Source: an uncultured Clostridia bacterium (GTDB taxonomy: Bacteria; Bacillota; Clostridia; Christensenellales; Borkfalkiaceae). Taken from it: a DNA stretch of 40,852 nt. Positions 25,145 to 34,876 of the stretch are shown in pieces. Each line of letters opens with the position of its first letter. Position 1 is the stretch's first letter. The notes under the pieces are model-generated. The model was not told where the DNA came from and did no database searches. It was given only the letters and a program-made list of their open reading frames with translations. The stretch lies in contig CANREU010000001.1 in the NCBI GenBank assembly GCA_947629725.1, positions 1 to 40,852 of the forward strand, read 5' to 3'. The position numbers and the translations under genes are program-made.

Positions 25145-28100
25145 ATGAAAACACTCGGAAAGCGGATCGGCGGCTGCGCGGCGCTCCTTGCGCTCGGCGC
25201 GTCCCTCGTCGCGGGGGTCCTGACGCTGCCCAAACCCGTTTCGCACATCGCCGCCGCGGAAGGCAATGCGGATCTTGCGGCGACCTATGCGCGCAACGAA
25301 AAGCTCGTCGTAAAATACGGGCTGGACGAAGTGAAGGACGGGAAACTTCCCGCCTACAAGTGGGACGCGGAGACGAAGACCTACGTCGCCGATCCCGCTG
25401 CGGACGCGACCGTTCAGTACCACGTGAACAACGCGAATACGGGTGTCGTCGAGAAGGCGGAAGGCGTTGAGGGGAGCTCCGCGCTCTCCTTCACGGGCAA
25501 GGCGCACGCGCGCGCAAGTTTCCACCTTCCCCAAGACGCCGAGGGTATGACGGTCTCCATCTGGGTGAAGAATATCACCACCTATTGGGGGAGCCTCGTC
25601 GAGTTCTACGACGGAAAGGACGGCGGACGTTTCGGCAAGGGCACCATGCAGGGCAACGCGGGCAGAGCGAACGAGGGCGACCCGTGGAAGGAAAACGCCT
25701 CTGCGCATGCGGTCGGAACAATGGAAGCGGGCGCCGGCTGGGATTCCTTCGTCGTCACCCACAACAATACGAACAACGATAACGGCGGGGCTTACGTCGA
25801 CAACATGAAGCCGGATACTTGGTATCAAGTGACCTACACCGTCACCTCGACGGAGATGAGGGCATATCGCGACGGCGTCCTTAAACAGACATTCACGGGG
25901 AAGGACCAAATCCCCTATATCTTGGGGTCGATCATGACCGCCGCGAAGAACCAAACGACGGGCAAGCTCGGCATCCGTCTGGCGCACGATACGACGGACG
26001 ACCGCGCCGACATTCTCGACGATTTCCGCATTTACAGCGGAGGAAGATGGCACGGCGCTCTATAAGGAATATAAGGGCATCAAGGCGATCCACGGCAAAA
26101 CGGTGAAGCTCGAGGGCGAAACGAGCGAGTATTCCGCGGACAACGGCGGCTCGGTCCGCTTCACGTCCGACGCCGAGCCCTTCCCCAAGATCCTCATCGG
26201 CGGCGTGGAAGCGGCAAATGTCACGGAGGCGGAGGGGGTCTATTCTGCCGCGGGCGACGGCTTCAACTACACCTACACGGTGGGCGAGCTCGCGGGGAAC
26301 GTGAGAACGGCGACCGTCACATACACCGCGGGGAGCGACAGTTACGCCTTCGAGGTCACGCAGACCAAGAAGAAGGTCGTCAAGCTCTCCTCGCTGAAAC
26401 TCAAGATCAACGACGGTGAGGCGGAGGAGATCGAGGGCTTCAAACCCGAGACGACGGAGTATGAAGTGACCCTCTCGCCCGATACCTACAAGGTGGAATT
26501 CGAGGCCACGGTCGAGGACGGGGGGAGCTCCAACCTCGCCGAAGTGAATGCGGAGATCCAATACAACGGCCAGAACGTCATCGTCACACAGGCGGCGGCG
26601 GAAGGGGTCGGAGAGGGCCTCTCCTATACCATTACATTAAAGCGCGAGCGCGCCGATACGGCGCCTCCCGCCGTGAAGGGCTTAAAGCTCGACCATGCGA
26701 CGCAGGTCGTCTACACCGACGAACTTCCCGCAAGCATTGCGGAAGAGGACGTCGTCCCCGTCTATCCGAACGGCGTGACCCTCGAGGACTTCTCCTACGA
26801 CGGCGCAACGCACGTCCTCACCTTCACTCTCAAGGATAAGATCACGGCGGAAAACACGACGGCATACAAAGTTTCCTACAAGGCGAAAAAAGAGGGGCAG
26901 GCCGCCCACTGGTCTTACGACGAGAGCTCCGACAACAAAACGTTTGAGGGCTTGAGCTGGGACAGCGAGACGAACGGCTTGAAGAAGAACGACGCGCTCG
27001 ATATGACCGTGCGGCAGGGCGAGTGGAACGTATCCGTCTCCGAAAGCCGTCCCGCCGTCGCGGCGGCCGTCGTCGACGGTGTTTCGGGCAACGGGATCGA
27101 ACTTCCAAAAAATGGCTTCACCACCGCGGAAGTTCCCGCTATGGGCGGCGTGACGGGCTTCACCTTCTCCACCTGGATGAAGATGGAAAATCCCACTAAG
27201 CCGTGGGAAGCGGTGTTTGTCGTCCTCGGCAAAACGCACGGCGTCATCTTCGAGAAGGGGACGATGCAGTGGCACGTCTTGGACGGGAACGGAAACCCGA
27301 ACACGGGGTGGGGTAACCTCTCCAACAGCGAGGGCGTTTGGACCGACTCCTCTTTGGGCGACGAAACTGCGAAGTCGGGCTTCTTCAACACCCCCACCTC
27401 GGGCGGCTATGTGTTCTACACCGTCACCGTCACCTATGTGAACGGCACGGGGCGGGTGCTCATGTATAAGGACGGCGAGCTTGCCGTCACCTTCGAGAAC
27501 GACCCCGCCGTCACCGAAAAGGCGAAGATCGCCGTCGAGGCGTTCAACGCGGGCGCGAAGATCGGTCTTCACCGCCACCATTTAGACAGCGAATACAAGT
27601 CCCGTTTCGACGAAACGGACATCTACGCCTACGCCATGACGGCGGAGGAAGTGAAGGCTTCGTACAACACCATTGCGGAATTCCTTGCCGCCGCGCCCGC
27701 CTACTACGACGCGGAGGGGCTCACCTATCCCGACCTTCTCCTCGGCGGCGCGAAGAGCGTTACGGCGGAGGGCGAAAACAAGAAGGGCGTCACGGAGAGC
27801 GGCATCGAATACACCTATAAGCCCGTCGAGGCCCCCGCGACGGCAGAAAAGGACGAGGCGGGCGTAACGGTCACCCTCAAAAAGAACGGCATGACCCGCA
27901 CCGCCACCGTCAAGTTCCGCCGCACCCTCAACGTCGAGGCGGAAAAGCTCGGCTATAAAATAGGCACGGGGGAAAATGTCCCGCTCGAAGTGCCCGAAAA
28001 CGCGGCGAACGAGATCGTGGTCCGTCTTCCCGCGGGCACCGACCTTTCGACGATCGCGGCGGGCGAGAACGCCGTGAAGAAGATCGAAGGGGACAGCGGC

Positions 28101-29360
28101 GACGACAACTACGCGGCGACCTTCACCTACAACCAGGCGACCCACGTCGCCACGGTGCGCTGCTCCTACACCCTCTTCCCCGCCTTCGACAGGATCTACA
28201 CGATCCGCTTTGAGACGAAGAGCGAGGAGACCTTCCTCTCCATGCAGGTGACGGGCGGCAAGAGCCCCCTCGCCCTCACGCCCGCGGACTTTGGGACGGA
28301 CGTCGAGGTCGCGGTGGAGAGCCTCACGAGCTTCTCCCTCACGGTGCGCCTCACCCTTGCGGCGGGCGCGGCGGGGACGGCGGAGCGCGTCTACACCCAA
28401 GCCGACCTCGAGGGCGGCAAGCTGAAGATCGAGGTCACGAACGAGAACGGGGAGACGAAGGCGTACTACTTAAAGCCCGTCGCCCTCTCCTCGGAGGCCT
28501 CCCTTTCCGCCCTTTCGGCGGGGACCTTCTCCCTTTCGCCTGCCTTCTCCGCGACGGAGACCGAATACACCGTCACCGTGAACAAGGGGCAGGGCGAGGA
28601 AGTCTTCAAGGCACTCACCTTCACGGCGGCAAGCGGCGGGACGGCGGAAAAAGTGTATGACGTCGGCTCGCACAAGATAACGGTCACCGTCACCTCGGCC
28701 GACGGTTCGGCGAGGAAAGTCTACACCGTCACCCTCGCAGAGCTCGACACCGACGCGGCGCTCTCGGGCATCACGGTCGGCGGAAAGCCCCTCGAAGGGT
28801 TCGATCCCGACAAGACGGCCTACACCGTGAAATACAAGGGCACCCTTCCCGAAGTGAACGGCACGCCCCGTTCCTCTTCGGCGGACGTCGCCGTCTCGCA
28901 GCCCCAAAACGGGACGGTGAAGATCACGGTCACGGCAGAGAGCGGCGATGAGAAGGAATACACCGTCACCCTCGTGCAGATGAGTGCGGACGCGTCCCTT
29001 ATAAAGCTCACCCTGAACGGCGTTGAGATCGCCATAACGGACGGTGCGGGCAGCTACACGGCCCCCGCGGGCGTCTCGCTCGGGCAGATCGCGGTCTATG
29101 CGGAAGTTGCGGAGGGCGCGAGCTACGCCTGCAAGGCGGAACAAAGCAGCATCGTCATCACCGTTACTGCGGAGGACGGCACCCAAAAGACGTACACCGT
29201 CGCCGTCACCTTCTCCGCTCCCACCCCCGCAGGGGACGGGACGGAGGATAACAGCCCGAAGGAGGGCTGCGGCGGCGTGCTCGGCGGCGCGGGGATCGCG
29301 GCTGCGATCGCGCTCCTTGCGGGAGCGGGGCTCGCCGTCTCGAAGAAACGCAAAGGTTGA
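25145..29360 (+). pseudogene. giant C-terminally anchored surface protein (two LamG-like domains plus multiple cadherin-like beta-sandwich repeats), interrupted by one frameshift as sequenced
   Basis: Signal peptide at 25145. The first LamG-like domain ends ...DDFRIYSG, then the frame stops at 26065. The frame of ORF 26103-29360 is already open upstream and reads EDGTALYKEYKGIKAIHGKTVKLEGE from 26043. Repeats of the type DAALSGITVGGKPLEGFDPDKTAYTVKY. C-terminal TM plus KKRKG. Confidence 0.8.
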
Positions 29361-29373
29361 GGGAGGAATACCT

Positions 29374-31842
29374 ATGGATCGTAAATTTGGGATCGCAAAA
29401 ATTTGCCTTCTCACGCTGCTTTCCGCCACGGTAGCCGTGGCGGCGGCGGGGTGCGGCGGCAAGCACACGCACAGCTATTCGGAGGCGTGGGCGTTCGACG
29501 CCGAGGCGCACTGGCACCCGTCCACCTGCTCGCACGACACGAAGACGGGCAAGGGCGAACACGTCTTTACGGAGACCGTCATCCCTCCGACCGGGACCTC
29601 CGCGGGCTACACCCTGCACGCCTGCGCCTGCGGGTATGCCTATATCGCCGACGAAAAGTCTCCCCTTCCTCCCGAAGAGAGCGGGGAATACCGCTACGAC
29701 GGCACGAGCCACTGGAAGCCCGTCACCGAGGGGGAGAGGGACATTTCGGGCCACATCTACCGCGATGATACCGTCGCGCCCACCTGCTACGGGGCGGGCT
29801 ACACCAAACACACCTGCACGGTGTGCGGGTATTGGTATGCAGACGCGCCCGTAGACCCCGTCGCCCACACCGTGAGCGAGGGGGTCATGGCGCACGACGA
29901 GACCTCCCACTGGCAGCCCTGCTCCGTCTGCGGGGCGAAAGTGAACGTCACGGGGCACTCCCTCCGCGAGGACGTCACCCCGCCCTCCTGCGACAAGGGC
30001 GGCTACACCGACTTCACCTGCGAGGAATGCGGCTACACCTTCCGCGGCAGGGAGACGGGCGCGCAGCACGCCTATTCGGAGACCTTCGAGGGCAACGAAT
30101 ACGAGCATTGGCGCTCCTGCAAGAACGACGGCGAGAAGACGGACGTCGGCGAGCACGTGTTTGAAGGGCACAGCAACGTCTGCGCCATCTGCGGGAAGAC
30201 CGTCACCCCCCGCATCTCCTACAAGCTCTGCGGCGAGTACTACGCCGTGACGGGGATCGGCAGCCTTGCGGGGACGGAGGTCACCGTGCCCGCGGAATAC
30301 AACGGAAAGCCCGTGAAGGAGATCGCGGAGCGCGCCTTCGTCAACGAAAAACTCACCGCCCTCACCCTCGGGGGGAGCAACCTCGAGAAGATCGGCGCGC
30401 AGGCGTTCATGGGGACGGACATCGCCGCCCTCACCCTTCCCTCGAGCGTGCAGACGGTCGGCGCGAAGGCATTCGCGGGGACGAAGATCGGCTCCCTCTC
30501 CCTCGGTTCCGCCGTGAAGAGTTTGGGGCAGGGCGCCTTCGAGGGCTGCGCCTCCTTGCAGACGGTGACGATCGAGAGTCTCACCTCTCTCCCCGTCTCC
30601 GCCTTTGAGGGCTGCATTTCCCTGACGTCGGTGACCTGTACCCAAAAACTCACCGGGATCGGCGACCTCGCCTTCAACGGCTGCACCCTTCTTGATACCC
30701 TCGATTTGAGCGGCGCGGAGACGCTCGGGTTCTCGGCGTTCGGCGGCTGCGCGGCGTTCGCCCCCGCAGATCTTTCCGCCCTCACCTCCGCGGGCGAATA
30801 CGCCCTCTCGGGCACGGCGCTCGAAAACGCCGCCCTTCCCGCGGGTCTTGCGGAGATCCCCGCCCGCCTCTTCCTCGGCTGCGAAAAGCTCCATACGGTC
30901 ACGTCTTCCGCACAAACGGTGGGCAAAGAGGCGTTCAAAGACTGCGCCCTCCTCTCTTCCGTCACCCTCACGGGGACCCTCTCTCTGGAGGAGAGCGCCT
31001 TTGCGGGCTGCACCGCTCTCAACACCCTCGAACTTCCCGAAACCATCACCCATGTGGGCGAAAACGCCTTCACGGGGACGGGGCTCGTGAAAGCGGAGGG
31101 CGGAGTGAATTACGTCGGGAACGTCGCCGTGGGGCTCGAAAGCGGCACGTCGGTCTCCTTGAAGGAGACGGCGGTTGTCGTTGCGGACGGCGCCTTCCGC
31201 GATACGAAGATCACGGCGGTCACCCTCGGGGCGGGCGTGAAATCCATCGGCGCGGACGCCTTCCGCGGCTGTGCGATCTCCGCGATCGACTTCAAGAATG
31301 TGAAAACGATCGGCGCGAACGCCTTCCGCGAGAGCGGGCTCGTCTCCGTCACGGTCCCCGCCACGGTGGACACGGTGGGGGACAACGCCTTCTACGACTG
31401 CAAGTCGCTCACGGCGGTGAACGTCAGCGCGAAGAACATCGGCAAGTTCGCCTTCTCCTACACGGGCACGGGCAGGACGCTCGATTCCCCCGAGAAGGAG
31501 AGACCCGACTACGCGCACCTTGCAACGCTCACGATCGGCGCGGGCGTGCAGACCATCGGGAGCAACGCCTTCCAGTATGCGCCCATAACGGAGGTCACCC
31601 TCCCCGCGGGCCTTACTTCGATCGGCAAATACGCCTTTGCGCACACCGACCTTGCGGGCATCTCCATTCCCGCGGAGGTCACGCGGATCGGCGGATATGC
31701 GTTCTATAAGACGCAGCTTTCCACCGCGGCCTTCTCTCAGGCGGAGAATTGGACGGCGGGCGGCGCGGCGCTTTCTCTCGGCGACGCCGCAGGGAATGCG
31801 GCACAGCTCAAGGCTTCCACCATCGATTGGGTGAGGGGGTAA
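29374..31842 (+). CDS. lipoprotein with Cys/His-rich modules and a long BspA-type leucine-rich-repeat domain
   Basis: ATG 29374 after a GGGAGGAA RBS. Lipobox AAAGC. Four HW...C/H modules (aa 30-277). Then more than 15 units of AFxGCxxLxxVxLP-type LRR. Confidence 0.8.
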   Translation: MDRKFGIAKICLLTLLSATVAVAAAGCGGKHTHSYSEAWAFDAEAHWHPSTCSHDTKTGKGEHVFTETVIPPTGTSAGYTLHACACGYAYIADEKSPLPPEESGEYRYDGTSHWKPVTEGERDISGHIYRDDTVAPTCYGAGYTKHTCTVCGYWYADAPVDPVAHTVSEGVMAHDETSHWQPCSVCGAKVNVTGHSLREDVTPPSCDKGGYTDFTCEECGYTFRGRETGAQHAYSETFEGNEYEHWRSCKNDGEKTDVGEHVFEGHSNVCAICGKTVTPRISYKLCGEYYAVTGIGSLAGTEVTVPAEYNGKPVKEIAERAFVNEKLTALTLGGSNLEKIGAQAFMGTDIAALTLPSSVQTVGAKAFAGTKIGSLSLGSAVKSLGQGAFEGCASLQTVTIESLTSLPVSAFEGCISLTSVTCTQKLTGIGDLAFNGCTLLDTLDLSGAETLGFSAFGGCAAFAPADLSALTSAGEYALSGTALENAALPAGLAEIPARLFLGCEKLHTVTSSAQTVGKEAFKDCALLSSVTLTGTLSLEESAFAGCTALNTLELPETITHVGENAFTGTGLVKAEGGVNYVGNVAVGLESGTSVSLKETAVVVADGAFRDTKITAVTLGAGVKSIGADAFRGCAISAIDFKNVKTIGANAFRESGLVSVTVPATVDTVGDNAFYDCKSLTAVNVSAKNIGKFAFSYTGTGRTLDSPEKERPDYAHLATLTIGAGVQTIGSNAFQYAPITEVTLPAGLTSIGKYAFAHTDLAGISIPAEVTRIGGYAFYKTQLSTAAFSQAENWTAGGAALSLGDAAGNAAQLKASTIDWVRG

Positions 31843-31845
31843 ACG

Positions 31846-34071
31846 ATGAAACGTAAAGTCCTGTTTTCTCTCATAGTGCTACTTCTCTCCGCGCTGTGCT
31901 GCGGCGCGTGCTTCGCATGCGGTTCCTCCCCCGAGGCGCCGAAGGTGGAGAACGTCGCCATCACGGCGGCGGAGGGCGACTACGGGATCGCGGGGATGCC
32001 GCACCGCATCACATACACCGCGCCCGAAGGCTCCAAAGTGAGTTATTCGGTGCAGCTCGGGGGGTCTCCCGCGACGGTCTCCGACTACTCCTGCCGCGGC
32101 GATGAGTTCTTCTTCTACACGGCGGGGAATTACACCGTCACGGTGTACGTCGCGAAGGACGGCATGCTCGGCAGCGCCTCCGCGAATATCACCGTGAGGG
32201 CGGAACGCGCCTTTGTGGCGGACGTCTCCCTCCGCGCGGCGGACGGCGAGACCTACGGGAAGGTCGGCGCCATCCATGTGCTCTCCTACACCGTTCCCGC
32301 GGGGAGCGAAGTCTCCGTCACCGTGGAAAAGGACGGTGCGGCCGCATCCGACGCCTCTTACGACAGTTCCCGCCGCACCCTCGTGTTTGCCTCCGCGGGG
32401 ACCTACACCGTGAAGGTGCAGGCGGCCCTCGGCGGCTCTTCGGAGACGGGTTCCGCGAATATCACCGTCGCGGCGGCAGATCCGCCCGCGGTGGCGCTCT
32501 CCCTCTCCGAGGCGACTGTAACGGAGGAGGAGACGGTCGTTCTCACTCCCTCCGTCACCTGTTCCTACGGCGACAGCGTCATAGAGGAGACGGTTTCGGT
32601 CCGCTACCGCGCGGGCAGCGGCGGCTCCTATGCGGCGGCTTCGACGGCGGATTACGCGCTGGAAGACAACCTCTTCACCCCCCTTGCGGCGGGCAGATGG
32701 CAGCTCATCTACTCCGTCCGCACGGCGGGCGGCGCACAGAGCGCGAGCTCGGCGGAGCTCGTCTGCGAGCCCGCGGAAGTCACCCTCACCGCAAAGGAGA
32801 GCGGGCGCATCAGGATCGAAACGAACGCCGCGGCAGAAATAGACTACCTCGCAGAGGGGGCGGCGGGCCGCTACAACGTCACCTTCGATACCCACGGCAA
32901 CTCCAACGTCACGGCGGTGGCGGGGGCGGGCCGCTCGGTGAAGGTCACGGCCCAAACGGAGGACTGGTTCACCGTCACCGTCGTCTACACCCATAAGACG
33001 CAGACCTCCGTAAAGAAGACCCTCGATCTCGAGTTCTATTCGGTGAGCAGCCTCCGCTATTCGCCCGTATTCGGGGAGGATCCCTTCGGCGGCATGCCGG
33101 GCGACGTCCTCACGAGTATGGGGCACCTTCTCTACCTCGACGCCGCAACGGCGGGCGGTGTGCCCATCTCCGTGCGCGACGCGGAGTTCAAGGTGACCGA
33201 AAACAACGTTTCGTCGGAGGTGCAGATCCTCTACGGGGCGGCGGACAACGCCGATTATCCCTATGTGATCGTGACCAACTTCGACAACAACACCGCGACA
33301 GGCAAATTCACCCTGCAGATGAAGGTGACCGACCCCTACACGGGCAATTCCGCCGTCGCGAAGAGGCAGTTCAACGTCCTCGCCACGACGAACAACAACA
33401 GCACCGCGGTGACGAACATCTGCAACTATGTGAAGAGCCACGCCGATTTCTATTCGCTCGGCGGCATGGATCTTTCCATGCTCTGCTCGGATACCCGCCA
33501 GAATATGGTCCTCACGAAGACGGGCGTCATCATGCAGCGCACCAATCCCGACTGGGTGCTCCACGGCGCCGACAACAGCGAAAACGCCGACTTTGCGGGC
33601 ATGGCGCTCTCCTCCGCCTCGGAGAATTGCCGCCTCGAGTTCGATTTCACCCTGCTCGCACAGAACTACGTCTCGGGCGCAGTACGGCTCGGCATCGGGC
33701 TCCGCACGCAGAATGCGAATGGATGGGCTGGATTTTTCGACCTCAAGGCGGGGAACGGAAGGCTCGTCTTCACCTATGAGAAGAGCGACTCCGCCGTCCT
33801 CTCGCAGACCTTCGGCGACCCTCTTCCCGCAGTCTCGGAGAATACCTACCTCGGCGTGCGGATCGACCGCAGGACGAGCGGCGGCCTCGCGACCTACTCC
33901 GTCTTTGTGCGCACGGAGCGGGGCGGCGAATACCGCGAGTACCTCCGCTGCGCGTTCCACGCCTCGTCCGCTGCGGGCGACGCGGGCGCGGCTGTCGCGA
34001 AGTACCAGTTCACCCACCGCAGCGGCGGCGGCTGCTACGCCGTGGAGAACGTCCGCTTCGAGACGCTGTAA
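31846..34071 (+). CDS. large lipoprotein with Ig-like repeats and a jelly-roll-like C-terminus, hypothetical
   Basis: Starts 3 nt after the previous stop. Signal/lipobox LSALCCGACFACG. Repeated segments of about 90 aa ending ANITV(R/A)A. No family recognised with certainty. Confidence 0.7.
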   Translation: MKRKVLFSLIVLLLSALCCGACFACGSSPEAPKVENVAITAAEGDYGIAGMPHRITYTAPEGSKVSYSVQLGGSPATVSDYSCRGDEFFFYTAGNYTVTVYVAKDGMLGSASANITVRAERAFVADVSLRAADGETYGKVGAIHVLSYTVPAGSEVSVTVEKDGAAASDASYDSSRRTLVFASAGTYTVKVQAALGGSSETGSANITVAAADPPAVALSLSEATVTEEETVVLTPSVTCSYGDSVIEETVSVRYRAGSGGSYAAASTADYALEDNLFTPLAAGRWQLIYSVRTAGGAQSASSAELVCEPAEVTLTAKESGRIRIETNAAAEIDYLAEGAAGRYNVTFDTHGNSNVTAVAGAGRSVKVTAQTEDWFTVTVVYTHKTQTSVKKTLDLEFYSVSSLRYSPVFGEDPFGGMPGDVLTSMGHLLYLDAATAGGVPISVRDAEFKVTENNVSSEVQILYGAADNADYPYVIVTNFDNNTATGKFTLQMKVTDPYTGNSAVAKRQFNVLATTNNNSTAVTNICNYVKSHADFYSLGGMDLSMLCSDTRQNMVLTKTGVIMQRTNPDWVLHGADNSENADFAGMALSSASENCRLEFDFTLLAQNYVSGAVRLGIGLRTQNANGWAGFFDLKAGNGRLVFTYEKSDSAVLSQTFGDPLPAVSENTYLGVRIDRRTSGGLATYSVFVRTERGGEYREYLRCAFHASSAAGDAGAAVAKYQFTHRSGGGCYAVENVRFETL

Positions 34072-34096
34072 AGAGGCAAACGTATTTGCACTGTAT

Positions 34097-34134
34097 TTGC
34101 GCCCGGATGCACCCGCATCCGGGCGCAATTTTTT
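34097..34134 (+). terminator. intrinsic terminator ending the surface-protein operon
   Basis: TTGCGCCCGGATGC-ACCC-GCATCCGGGCGCAA (14-bp stem) followed by TTTTTT. Confidence 0.9.
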
Positions 34135-34139
34135 CGCGG

Positions 34140-34545
34140 CGGATCTCCCTTCTTCGCCCCGTTTCCCGCTCTTGCTTCCCCCTTTTGGGGCGCGAGGGGT
34201 GTTCGTTTTCCGCTCCCGCACATCCAAACCGTGCCCTCCCCCTACGTGAGGGGGAGGGGTGGGGGTGAGGGTTCGCCCATGAATTGCAGTATGCCCCTCA
34301 TCCGTCCCCCGTGGGGACACCTTCCCCCCGAGGGGGGAAGGCTTGCAACGCCGTGCGAAAGCCCCTCCGCAGGAGGGGGGTAGGGCGGCCTCTTTCCTCT
34401 TGCCTCCCCCCTTATACTTGGAGGGTAGGGCGGCCTCTTTCCTCTTGCTTCCCGCTTATACTTGGGGGGTAGGGCCGCGGCTTTCCTCTTGCCTCCCCCC
34501 TTATACTTGAGGGGGGAGGGTAGGGTGGGGGGTGCAACAAAAGGG
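34140..34545. repeat. mosaic hairpin-repeat cluster F
   Basis: Modules at 34234-34258 and 34320-34341. Three tandem 44-51-nt TTATACTTG-loop units (starting 34381, 34426 and 34470), of which only the last keeps an intact stem (34492-34519). Confidence 0.9.
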
Positions 34546-34763
34546 CTGAGCGTGAGCCGAGAGAGAGCGATATTTTCCCGCCCCATTCCTCCAAAATGCG
34601 GGAATGGGGTGGGAAAACGGAGGCCTTTTCCCGTGAGCTGCGCGCCGAGTACCCGCAAAACCGTGAAAAACAAATAGGGACAAACTTCCTCCCGCCCCGT
34701 AAGAAAAATAGAAAAGGGAAAGAAAAAACGGGGCCGTGCGGGCAATTTCCCGCTTAAATTTTA

Positions 34764-34792
34764 TTGACATCCGCGGGAAGGCGGAGTATAAT
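34764..34792 (+). promoter_or_regulatory. consensus sigmaA promoter of the hybrid kinase/SBP unit
   Basis: TTGACA (34764-34769), 17-nt spacer, TATAAT (34787-34792). Confidence 0.8.
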
Positions 34793-34876
34793 TCATTCTA
34801 TATATCAATTTTTCGCCCGCGCGTAAGAGGCGAGGGGAAAAGGGGGAGCGCCGCTCTGCGGCGCGGGAGAACTTCC

